23,003 nucleotides of DNA. It comes from Candidatus Iainarchaeum sp. (lineage in GTDB: Archaea > Iainarchaeota > Iainarchaeia > Iainarchaeales > CSSED10-239). Below, in pieces: positions 1 to 8,158 of the stretch. The stretch covers positions 1 to 23,003 of the forward strand of contig JAQVTI010000014.1 in NCBI GenBank assembly GCA_028700115.1, given 5' to 3'. The notes under the pieces are model-generated. The model saw only the letters and a program-made list of their open reading frames with translations, was not told where the DNA came from and did no database searches. Made by a program: the position numbers and the translations under genes. The stretch's first letter is position 1. The number at the start of each line of letters is the position of its first letter.

Positions 1-915
1 GATAGACAACATTTAGGGATTATTTCAGATGATATTACAAAATTATTAATTGGAAAGTCTGTAACTAATGGACTTGGAGCAGGAGCATATCCTGAAATTG
101 GAGCAAAAGCTGCTGAAGTTTCAAAAGCTGCTTTAGAAGAACTTTTAGAAGGAGTAGATATGCTTTTTATAACAGCTGGAATGGGTGGAGGAACTGGAAC
201 TGGAGCAGCTCCTGTTGTTGCAAAAATTGCAAAAGCATAAGGAGCAATTGTTATTGCTATAACTACATTCCCATTTGCTTTAGAAAAAGCAAGAAGTAAA
301 AAAGCAGAACTTGGTATTGATGATTTAGCTAAAATTTGTGATACAGTTGTTGTAATTGATAATAATAGACTTGTTGAATTAGTTCCAAATTTACCAATGC
401 AAGATGCTTTTAAAGTAGCAGATGAAGTAATTGCAAGAACAATTAGAGGAATTACAGAAACAATAACACAGCCTTCATTAATTAATATTGATTATGCAGA
501 TATTAGAACTGTTATGGGCGGAACTGGACTTTCTATGATTGCTGTTGGTGAATCTCAAACAAATAATAAAGTTCAAGATGTTGTTAATGATACATTAAAT
601 AATATGCTTTTAGATGTAAATATCGAAGGAGCAAAAGGATGTCTTGTACATATTACTGGTGGATCTGATTTAACTTTAGGAGAAGCAAATACTGTTGGAG
701 AACTTATAACAGATAATATTGATGCTAATGCAAATGTTATTTGGGGTGCAAGAGTAGATCCTACATTTGATAATAAAATTGAAGTAATTGCTATATTTAC
801 AGGAGTTTCATCTCCATTTATTAAAGGAAGTACTAAATTCCAAGGGCAAAAAAATTCTTCTAATTCTTCTGGTTTTGGAAGATATAATGATGATTTTGGG
901 CTTGCTGAACTTTAG
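1..915 (+). pseudogene. ftsZ: FtsZ, 5' truncated by window edge, interrupted by in-frame TAA at 238-240
   Basis: Frame 1 reads [91 protein letters not shown]...VVVIDNNRLVELVPNLPMQDAFKVADEVIARTIRGITE...; GGGTGTG tubulin signature and canonical FtsZ sequence continue in the same frame after the stop. The ORF track only shows 397..915. Confidence 0.9.
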
Positions 916-948
916 ATTTTCTTTATTTAGAAAATATAGTTTAAATAT

Positions 949-998
949 TTTTTAGAAAAGTCTTTAATTTATGAGATTTTTTCTAAAAATCTTTTTTT
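949..998 (+). terminator. Hairpin plus T-run downstream of ftsZ
   Basis: TTTTTAGAAAA (949-959) and TTTTCTAAAAA (979-989) are perfect 11-bp complements, followed by TCTTTTTTT. Confidence 0.5.
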
Positions 999-1104
999 AT
1001 ATTTAAATAAAATTATAGGTATTATTGTGCCTTTTTTTAAATGGTGTTTTGTTTTTGTATGGGAATTTAACCCTTTTGTGATTTGTTTTTTAGGTGGTGT
1101 TTTT

Positions 1105-1320
1105 ATGAAGTATAATTATATTGTATTTATTATTGTGTTTTTTGTTTTAACTTTAAGTTTGTTTTATTTTTCAGAAGGAAATTTTTTTAAAAAGAATTAT
1201 GATTTAGAAGAAAGTTATAGTATCTCTAATTTGAAAGAACTAGATGTTAGAGTTTATTCAACTATAATTAGTTCTATAAATTTATTAAATAATCAAAATA
1301 ATTTTAAAAAATTAAATTAA
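1105..1320 (+). CDS. Small single-TM protein, unknown function
   Basis: Internal ATG at 1105 follows GGTGG (Shine-Dalgarno-like); encodes MKYNYIVFIIVFFVLTLSLFYFSEGN..., better supported than the track start at 1027. Confidence 0.6.
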   Translation: MKYNYIVFIIVFFVLTLSLFYFSEGNFFKKNYDLEESYSISNLKELDVRVYSTIISSINLLNNQNNFKKLN

Positions 1321-1332
1321 GGTGATCTTATA

Positions 1333-1422
1333 ATGAAGTCTTTAAAAATGTTTAATATTTTATTTTTTATTATATCTTGTTTTGTTTTTGCATATGTCTT
1401 TATGTTTGGTAACTTTGTTTAA
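1333..1422 (+). CDS. 29-aa putative membrane microprotein
   Basis: GGTGAT at 1321-1326 then ATG at 1333: MKSLKMFNILFFIISCFVFAYVFMFGNFV*. Hydrophobic and directly after the preceding gene; absent from the track. Confidence 0.4.
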   Translation: MKSLKMFNILFFIISCFVFAYVFMFGNFV

Positions 1423-1485
1423 TATCTTACATATATTTATATAGTTTTTATATATAATATATATTAAAATTTAAAAAATAATTTT

Positions 1486-2232
1486 ATGGATAATAATAAA
1501 TATAAAAATTATTCTAGTGAAACTAATTTGAATTCATTAGATTCTAAAAAAAATAAAAAATTAGGAATTTGGATTTTTTTAGTTTTTTTGGTAATTATTG
1601 GATTAGTTTTTTACTTTTGGATATATCCTAATTATATTAAAAAAGAAAGCCCTTTTCCTCCAGGAGTTGATTCAGACCCTCCACAAATCTTAGATGTGAA
1701 CAATACTCAAATCTCAGATACAAATACAACTCAAGTTCCTGATGTGAATACAAATCAAACCTTAGATTTAAATCAAAATTTAGGTTCTGAAGAATGTGTT
1801 GATTTAGATTTATTTAATCAAAAGTTAAATTTAAGAGAATTTGGTTGTTATGAATCAGAATATTATGGATTAGATCCTATAGGTTTAGGTTTAGTTATTT
1901 CAAGTATAACTAAATATGATATAGTTTCTTATAATGATATAAATGTAGAAGTTATTACAACTATTGTTGATTATTCTCAATCATTTTCTGAAGAAATAAT
2001 TAATATATATTTAGAATCTGGAATGACTCAAGAAGATATTGATATGCAATTAGCTTCTTTTGATGAACTTTCTGAAACTATTATTGGTATTAAAAATAAA
2101 TGTATTTATGATATTGAAGCATTAAAATATATTTTAGATAATTCAAATGATCCTAAAAATTTAGAAGTTAATGTTTCAACAGACGGTTTTTCTTCTGGAG
2201 ATGAGTATAGTTGTGTACCTTTTGTTGAATAA
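1486..2232 (+). CDS. Single-TM surface protein with tandem octapeptide repeats, unknown function
   Basis: 248-aa ORF: charged N-terminus, TM LGIWIFLVFLVIIGLVFYFWI, Pro/Asn/Asp/Thr-rich linker, then a folded-looking domain with 4 Cys. Confidence 0.75.
   Translation: MDNNKYKNYSSETNLNSLDSKKNKKLGIWIFLVFLVIIGLVFYFWIYPNYIKKESPFPPGVDSDPPQILDVNNTQISDTNTTQVPDVNTNQTLDLNQNLGSEECVDLDLFNQKLNLREFGCYESEYYGLDPIGLGLVISSITKYDIVSYNDINVEVITTIVDYSQSFSEEIINIYLESGMTQEDIDMQLASFDELSETIIGIKNKCIYDIEALKYILDNSNDPKNLEVNVSTDGFSSGDEYSCVPFVE
1684..1779 (+). repeat. 4 x 24-nt in-frame tandem repeat
   Basis: Encodes QILDVNNT / QISDTNTT / QVPDVNTN / QTLDLNQN. Confidence 0.8.
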
Positions 2233-2244
2233 GCGTATTTATTT

Positions 2245-2278
2245 TTCGGTTAAATAGATATTTAACCGAATCTTTTTT
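2245..2278 (+). terminator. Hairpin plus T-run
   Basis: TTCGGTTAAAT-AGAT-ATTTAACCGAA (2245-2270), perfect 11-bp arms, followed by TCTTTTTTT, 13 nt after the 1486..2232 stop. Confidence 0.6.
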
Positions 2279-2352
2279 TATGTTTTTTATTTTTTACCTA
2301 TGTTAAGTTTATAAACCTAATTATCTACATTATAATTAAGTAATTGTAATAA

Positions 2353-2589
2353 ATGATATATATAGTTCCATCAAGAAAAAAAATCAAAAGAAATATAAAT
2401 GCTATTGCAACTCATAAGATGAATAAAAATAGATTTAATAAATTAACAGAATATCAAAAATTTTTTGAATCTAGAGGAATTAAGTTAGATGAGAAAAAGG
2501 CAGAAAATTTATTTGATTTTGTAAGCAGTGAAGCTAAAAGAAAAAAAGTTACAATTGAAGTTATTTTAAAAGAATTAAATTATAGATGA
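2353..2589 (+). CDS. Small basic protein, unknown function (cluster gene 1)
   Basis: 78-aa ORF with a TATA-like element TTATAATTAAG around 2330-2340; tightly followed by three more ORFs. Confidence 0.65.
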   Translation: MIYIVPSRKKIKRNINAIATHKMNKNRFNKLTEYQKFFESRGIKLDEKKAENLFDFVSSEAKRKKVTIEVILKELNYR

Positions 2590-2593
2590 TTTT

Positions 2594-3058
2594 ATGAGTG
2601 CATTATTTAGAAGAAATCCTTTAAAAAAAACTGTAAAAGCAGAAAAAAGAGATAATTTAAGAAAAACTTTAAAAGATTATAAAGAAGTATTTCCTGCTAT
2701 GGATATGTATGCTTCTAATAAACCTCCTGCTATGTCTTTTATTGATATAAGAAATCTATCTAGAGAAAAAAGACAATCTAAAATAGTTTATAGTAAATTA
2801 TCTAAAATTTATAAAGATAAAAAATATGCAAGTAATCTTAGAGAATTTATAGAATTGTATCATTATGGAAGATATTTAAAAAAATCAGAAATGGAGTTTT
2901 TTAGATTACAACTATTAAATTCATATAGAGAAACTTTAAGTAAAAATAAAGAAAAAGCAGGATCTGAGTTTTTAAATAAATATATAACTGATATATTACA
3001 ATTATCTTTTGAAAAAGCAGATAAATATATTAAAAAAAGTAAAAGTATGAATAAATGA
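2594..3058 (+). CDS. Basic, predicted helical protein, unknown function (cluster gene 2)
   Basis: 154-aa ORF; ATG preceded by GATGATTTT; 4-nt gap from the previous gene. Confidence 0.7.
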   Translation: MSALFRRNPLKKTVKAEKRDNLRKTLKDYKEVFPAMDMYASNKPPAMSFIDIRNLSREKRQSKIVYSKLSKIYKDKKYASNLREFIELYHYGRYLKKSEMEFFRLQLLNSYRETLSKNKEKAGSEFLNKYITDILQLSFEKADKYIKKSKSMNK

Positions 3059-3064
3059 TTATAT

Positions 3065-3475
3065 ATGTTTAAAAGAAATTTTGGAAGAAAAAAAGAAATT
3101 AAAAAAGACCAAAAATCTATAGAAATTAGTGAAGAAATTAGAAAATCTATTGAAAATAGTAGAATTTTTACTTCTAGAAAAAAAACTATTGAAGAAAAGC
3201 TTAAAATTAGAAGGATTAGAAGAAAGGTTTTTAATAAATTAAATTCTCATCATATACATAATACTAAACAAAGTTTAGAAAAAGCTGTTTTTTCTTTACT
3301 TTTAGAAAAAAATCCAAAAATAGTAGATACTATATCTATTAAGCAAATAGAAAAAGATGTTTCTAATTATTTACCTGATATATATTTAAAACATATTAAT
3401 AAAGGTGAAAAGAATGTTTCTATAAATAGAGTTATTTTAGAAACTTCTGAATATCTTGGGCAAAAATATAAATAA
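3065..3475 (+). CDS. Basic, predicted helical protein, unknown function (cluster gene 3)
   Basis: 136-aa ORF, 6-nt gap from the previous gene. Confidence 0.7.
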   Translation: MFKRNFGRKKEIKKDQKSIEISEEIRKSIENSRIFTSRKKTIEEKLKIRRIRRKVFNKLNSHHIHNTKQSLEKAVFSLLLEKNPKIVDTISIKQIEKDVSNYLPDIYLKHINKGEKNVSINRVILETSEYLGQKYK

Positions 3476-3484
3476 GTTGAGAAT

Positions 3485-3853
3485 ATGCCTAAATTAAGAG
3501 TTAAGTTATTTGAATTTAAGAAAAAAAGAAGATTATTAAATAATGATTTAAAAAAATTAAATAAAATTGGTGTTTATAGATCTATAGATAGTTTATTTGT
3601 TGAAAAAACAGGTGGGAGTCATATTTTAAATCTTTTATCTTATAAAAAATATCAATTAAGATTACGTTTGAATCCTATTAGACAAAAACTTTTTGTAAAA
3701 GTTTTAAAAGAAGAAGTTTTTAATGAATATGTTCATTTAATTAAAACTAAAAAAATAAAAGAAGTTGAAGATATTGATTTACAAAAATTTTTAAAAAATA
3801 TTAGTATTAGACTTGATTACAGAATTGAAAAAGAAAATATTTTTAAAATATAA
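3485..3853 (+). CDS. Basic protein, unknown function (cluster gene 4)
   Basis: 122-aa ORF, 9-nt gap from the previous gene, same strand and composition. Confidence 0.7.
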   Translation: MPKLRVKLFEFKKKRRLLNNDLKKLNKIGVYRSIDSLFVEKTGGSHILNLLSYKKYQLRLRLNPIRQKLFVKVLKEEVFNEYVHLIKTKKIKEVEDIDLQKFLKNISIRLDYRIEKENIFKI

Positions 3854-3871
3854 ATAAATAAGGATGATTGT

Positions 3872-3907
3872 ATGATTAAATTTGTAGATTATGAGCATGG
3901 TTTTTAA
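3872..3907 (+). other. 11-codon mini-ORF or leader/truncated gene start
   Basis: AAGGATGATTGT-ATG then MIKFVDYEHGF*; has SD-like spacing but terminates at once. Confidence 0.25.
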
Positions 3908-3915
3908 TTTATAAG

Positions 3916-4554
3916 TTAGTTATGTATATTATTCGAATAACTTTATTTTTTTAAATTTTTATAAAAAAACAAAAAATTTTCTTTTTTCTTTTTCTTATTT
4001 TTTATTAAATTTCTTATTTTATATATTTTGGGTATTTGCATTATATCTTGGACACTTTTTATGAAAATAATTTTTTAAATAAATCAGTAAATTTCTTTTG
4101 ATATATCTTAGTAAAATAATTTAGGGTAAATAGATAATATTTTTTCTAAAAAATCAAACAAATTTTAAAATCTTAAAAAATATATGATTTTATCAAAAAA
4201 CTCTATATTTTTTAAAAAAATCTTAGTAGTTCACCCTACCCTATTCGACTAATTCTTTGTAACTTAAGTAACTATGCCTCTTTAGAGTAAATTTAACTCT
4301 TTAAAAAGTTCGGTTAAATGGTTCTTAAGCCGAATACATTTTTAACTCATATCTTTATTAATTAGCTACATAACTTTATTTTTCATAAAATTATTTTCTC
4401 CCAAAAAATATATTTTTTATTTTTAATACAGTTATGTAGTATGATTAAATTTATTTTTAATAGAAAATGAAAATATTTTTTTATTAGTTTTTTATTTTCA
4501 AAAATATTTTTTTATATGTTTTAATTAATAATCATTTAAACTATACATAACTAA
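3916..4554. repeat. Non-coding region bounded by a 13-bp perfect inverted repeat
   Basis: TTAGTTATGTATA (3916-3928) and TATACATAACTAA (4542-4554) are exact reverse complements; no ORF of size in between. Confidence 0.5.
4222..4350. ncRNA. Candidate structured RNA or regulatory element, strand unresolved
   Basis: Locally much GC-richer than its flanks; contains CACCCTACCC, AGAGT-AAATTTA-ACTCT and TTCGG-TTAA...TTAAGCCGAA pairing, with no ORF. Confidence 0.3.
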
Positions 4555-4707
4555 TTTTTATTATAAATATATCTTTTTGTATGCTTGTATTTTTTAATTT
4601 ATTTGATGTGAATTACTATCAATTATGAGTTTTTTATAAATTATTTTTTTAATATGAAATTATTTTATTATTTTATATGCTTATTAAATTACAAAATTTA
4701 TTTTTGT

Positions 4708-5286
4708 CTAATTTATTTTATCAATATAATAATCTAATATAATCATATAAAATGTAACTGATATAAAGAAAAAAAGTTCAAATATACCTGTCATTCCAAA
4801 AAGAGTTAAAAGTAATAAAGATCCAAATATAGTAAATATCATATACTTACTATATCTTATTGATATTTGTTTATGTGTTGTTTTTAGATATTTAGAGAAC
4901 ATATAAAGACATGTTATAAGAGAAAATGCAAATAAAACACTCCACACCACATGTAAATCTATATGCCATACTCTTAAAGCTTTATCAATAGGTTCTTGTA
5001 TAGATATTGGTGTTAAAACTGTTAAAATTAGATAAATTCCTGTTAGATAAGCATATTTTTTAGATTTTTTATTATTAAAATTTGTTTTTTTAAATAAATT
5101 TATTAAAAATAAAGTAAATAAAATACCAGTAACTATACCCCAAATTATAAAGTTAATTCTATAATCAAACCAATTTCCTATCATACTTAATGTATAATCA
5201 AAAGGTGATTTGTTTGTAGCATATATTATAGTCCATATAGGAAGTGTAAGTATTCCAAAATATAATATTTTATTTGTTTTTGGCAT
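4708..5286 (-). CDS. Multi-pass integral membrane protein, unknown function
   Basis: 192-aa ORF with about six hydrophobic segments; downstream of the NUDIX gene on the same strand. Confidence 0.75.
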   Translation of the reverse strand: MPKTNKILYFGILTLPIWTIIYATNKSPFDYTLSMIGNWFDYRINFIIWGIVTGILFTLFLINLFKKTNFNNKKSKKYAYLTGIYLILTVLTPISIQEPIDKALRVWHIDLHVVWSVLFAFSLITCLYMFSKYLKTTHKQISIRYSKYMIFTIFGSLLLLTLFGMTGIFELFFFISVTFYMIILDYYIDKIN

Positions 5287-5298
5287 GTTTAATCTTTT

Positions 5299-5748
5299 TT
5301 AGAAATATTCTAAAAATTCATTAATAACTTTTTCCATAAATTCTAATTGATGATTCAAAGAAATATATTTCTTATAATTATCTTTATTTACCCATTTATA
5401 ATCAGAAATTTCTTCTTCTTGTAATTTAAAAGTTTGATTTTTTTTAATTTTTGTAATAAAAACACTTCTTTCTTGACCCTCAAAATAATATCCTTTGGTT
5501 TTTAATTTTTTTTGTCTAACTTTTTCTGACCAATCAAATTTTTCTATATATTTACTTTTTTCAAGAATATTTATTTCAATTCCAAGTTCTTCTTTGACTT
5601 CTCTATGTAATGCTTCAATATCTGTTTCATTTCTTTCAATACCTCCTGCAGGTATTTTCCAATATGTATGTTTTGTATTTCCTAAAACTAAAATAAATTC
5701 TTTTTTATCATTTAAGATAAATGCAGATGTTCCTTTTCTATAAACCAT
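5299..5748 (-). CDS. NUDIX hydrolase
   Basis: Complete Nudix box GGIERNETDIEALHREVKEELGI (GX5EX7REUXEEXGU). Confidence 0.92.
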   Translation of the reverse strand: MVYRKGTSAFILNDKKEFILVLGNTKHTYWKIPAGGIERNETDIEALHREVKEELGIEINILEKSKYIEKFDWSEKVRQKKLKTKGYYFEGQERSVFITKIKKNQTFKLQEEEISDYKWVNKDNYKKYISLNHQLEFMEKVINEFLEYF

Positions 5749-5798
5749 AAAATCATATTTTATAATGTGTTTTATAATGTGTCCAACATTTAATACAT

Positions 5799-6137
5799 TT
5801 ATTTTTTAAACTTAACAGCAGTTCCATAACAAAGCATTTCTGAAGCTCCCTGCATAACTTGAGATGTAGTAAATCTTACTCCAATAACTCCATCTGCTCC
5901 TAAATCAATTGCATTGTTAATCATTCTATTATATGCTTCTTCTCTAGATTGGATTGTCATTTGTGTGTATGTTTTTACTTCTCCACCTATTAAATTTTTT
6001 AAACCTGCTCCAATATCTCTTCCAAGATTTCTAGATCTTACAGTATTTCCTTTAACAATTCCTAATATTTTTTCAATTTTTTTATAGGAAATATCATTTC
6101 CTGTTGTTACAATCATTTCTTTTTTCATATAAATCAC
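5799..6137 (-). CDS. YbjQ/UPF0145 family protein
   Basis: Matches YbjQ family features: VTTGNDISYKKIEKILGIVKGNTVRSRNLGRDIGAGLKNLIGGE...AIDLGADGVIGVRF. Confidence 0.85.
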   Translation of the reverse strand: MIYMKKEMIVTTGNDISYKKIEKILGIVKGNTVRSRNLGRDIGAGLKNLIGGEVKTYTQMTIQSREEAYNRMINNAIDLGADGVIGVRFTTSQVMQGASEMLCYGTAVKFKK

Positions 6138-6195
6138 TTTTATTTAGTATTAAATGTAAATAAATTATTTACTTTTAGTACTATTTAGTATTATT

Positions 6196-6369
6196 TTATA
6201 ATTTTTTTATTTGTTCAATTTCATCTTCTTTTTTATTAAATAAGATAAATAAACTAATAAGTAAAATAGGAAGTCCATAAATTAAAGGAAATATAAAAAA
6301 TATTCCTAAGATTGTAAGAATACTTCCTATAACTATTCCTATAGTTCCAATAAGTTTATTTTCATTCAT
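6196..6369 (-). CDS. 57-aa two-TM small membrane protein (not in track)
   Basis: Reverse-strand reading: MNENKLIGTIGIVIGSILTILGIFFIFPLIYGLPILLISLFILFNKKEDEIEQIKKL*; fills the gap between two minus-strand genes. Confidence 0.6.
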   Translation of the reverse strand: MNENKLIGTIGIVIGSILTILGIFFIFPLIYGLPILLISLFILFNKKEDEIEQIKKL

Positions 6370-6371
6370 AT

Positions 6372-6779
6372 TTATCTTTTTTTATCTGTATAGGGCCCTG
6401 CTATATAAGGTCCAGTTGATCCTGCAGAATATACGTAATATATATTATCTGTTCCATTATAGCAATCATATATAAAAAATTTTGAAAATCCACCATCTAT
6501 TTTCTTAAACAATTTATTTTTATTATAAGAACTAAATTTAATTAATTCTCCATCACAAATTTCTAAAGGATCTCCTTCTACAAAACTACTAGATGTTTTT
6601 TTTGGATTTAATACTACTTTTAATTGAGGATATATTTGTTCTAAAGATTTATCGTAATAATCTTTTACAATATATCCATCTTTTATATATATTTTAGTTT
6701 TTCCAGTAAGTCTTATAATTAATAAAATTATAATTATTAATAAAATAGAACTTATTATAATTATTTTTTTCTTTTTCAT
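6372..6779 (-). CDS. Membrane-anchored/secreted protein, unknown function
   Basis: 135-aa ORF, N-terminal TM, polar extracytoplasmic part with Cys pair. Confidence 0.7.
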   Translation of the reverse strand: MKKKKIIIISSILLIIIILLIIRLTGKTKIYIKDGYIVKDYYDKSLEQIYPQLKVVLNPKKTSSSFVEGDPLEICDGELIKFSSYNKNKLFKKIDGGFSKFFIYDCYNGTDNIYYVYSAGSTGPYIAGPYTDKKR

Positions 6780-6798
6780 ATTTTCATTTTTTTTTCTT

Positions 6799-7053
6799 TT
6801 ATTTAAAACAATTATTTGTTATAAAATAAATGTAATTTTTAAAATTTTTATTTTCGTATTTTTTATATTTTTCTGTAGCATTAATTAAATTAATATAACT
6901 ACATTTAGGTGTAATCCATATTGATTTAGTTGCATTTTGTTTAATAATATCTCTATAATAATAAACTATAGCTGATTCACAATAATTTGTGATTGTATTT
7001 TTAGGATATAATTTAGATAATTCTTTCCAAATATCACATATTATTTTTTCCAT
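6799..7053 (-). CDS. Hypothetical protein
   Basis: 84-aa ORF; co-oriented and close to downstream genes. Confidence 0.5.
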   Translation of the reverse strand: MEKIICDIWKELSKLYPKNTITNYCESAIVYYYRDIIKQNATKSIWITPKCSYINLINATEKYKKYENKNFKNYIYFITNNCFK

Positions 7054-7132
7054 TTTAATCTTTAGTTTATATTATTTTATATATTATATAAGATGATTAA
7101 TATATATATTTTTTGTTTTATTAAATTATATT

Positions 7133-8074
7133 ATGATTCAAGAAAAAAATATTTTAAAAGAATTAAAATATATTTATCCTAATAAAACTATTAAAGATTT
7201 AAAAAAAATTAAATCTGGTAGAAAAAATTATAATTTTTATTTTAAAATAAATAATGATAAATATATTTTTAGATTAAAAGCAGATTATAAAAATGCATAT
7301 AAAAAATCTAAAAAAGAATATTATAATTTAATTAAAATAAATAAAATTCTTCCACAAAATACTCCAAAGATATATTTTTTTAAAAGAAAAGGTAAATTTA
7401 TTCCTTTTTCTTATTTAATTATAGAATATATTGAAGGAAAAGAAATTAAATTTAATAAAAATAATGTAAAACAACTTGCAAAGGTAGTGTCTAAACTACA
7501 TTTAGAAAAAGTTAAATTTTTAGATAGGCTTTTTTTAACAAAAAGAATATATAAATTTATTTCTGAAAAGTATCTTTTAAATAAAGAAAAAAAAATTATT
7601 AAAAAAAATAATTGTTTTAAATTTATTACTATTTTTGGAGATAAATTAATTAAAAAAAATAAAATTAAAAATATTGTTTTAAGTTATATTCACTCAGATA
7701 TTCAATCTCCAAATATTATAGAAAATAATAATAATCTTTTTTTAATTGATATTGAATTTTTAGAAATTGGAGATAGAGCTTATGATTTAGGGAAGCTTTT
7801 TTTAGATTCCAATTTTTTAAAATATAAAGATATTTTTTTAAAAGAATATATTAAATATACAAAAATGAAAAATATTGAACAAGAAATTAATAAATATGTA
7901 AATATTCAAAAATATATTTGGATTCTTTCAGATCTTAAAAGTTATGTTTTTAAAGATAATATTATTTCTTTAAAAGATTTAAAAAAAAGTATAATTAAAA
8001 ATTACAATGCTTTGAAAAAATGTAATTTAACAGAAGATATTAATATAAATAATTTTTTAGATTGTTTAAAATAA
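7133..8074 (+). CDS. APH/choline-kinase-fold phosphotransferase
   Basis: Brenner-type motif HSDIQSPNII (HxDxxxxN) and downstream LIDIEF metal-binding motif; N-lobe FYFKINNDKYIFRLK. Confidence 0.85.
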   Translation: MIQEKNILKELKYIYPNKTIKDLKKIKSGRKNYNFYFKINNDKYIFRLKADYKNAYKKSKKEYYNLIKINKILPQNTPKIYFFKRKGKFIPFSYLIIEYIEGKEIKFNKNNVKQLAKVVSKLHLEKVKFLDRLFLTKRIYKFISEKYLLNKEKKIIKKNNCFKFITIFGDKLIKKNKIKNIVLSYIHSDIQSPNIIENNNNLFLIDIEFLEIGDRAYDLGKLFLDSNFLKYKDIFLKEYIKYTKMKNIEQEINKYVNIQKYIWILSDLKSYVFKDNIISLKDLKKSIIKNYNALKKCNLTEDININNFLDCLK

Positions 8075-8158
8075 TTTTTATAAATAAGTTTATATAGAGA
8101 ATATTTATTAAATATTATTTAATAAAAATAAATTTCAAAAAGGTAAAAGGTGTTTTTT

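Noticed and set aside
238-240. Alternative genetic code reading TAA as an amino acid
   Set aside because: Many other genes in the window end at TAA at the expected protein length, so genome-wide TAA reassignment does not fit.
397-915. Track ORF as a stand-alone 172-aa protein
   Set aside because: It is the C-terminal half of FtsZ in the same frame as the upstream half, not an independent gene start.
4439-4476. Mini-ORF MIKFIFNRK after the second GTATGATTAAATTT
   Set aside because: Only nine codons and no convincing ribosome-binding site; not supportable as a gene.
3910-4700. tRNA, rRNA or CRISPR array in the large gap
   Set aside because: No cloverleaf with a T-arm motif, no rRNA-like GC-rich sequence, and the repeats are too few and irregularly spaced for CRISPR.
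5495-5743. 82-aa plus-strand ORF in the track
   Set aside because: Fully antisense to the confidently identified NUDIX gene; Phe/Ser-rich product typical of a shadow ORF.
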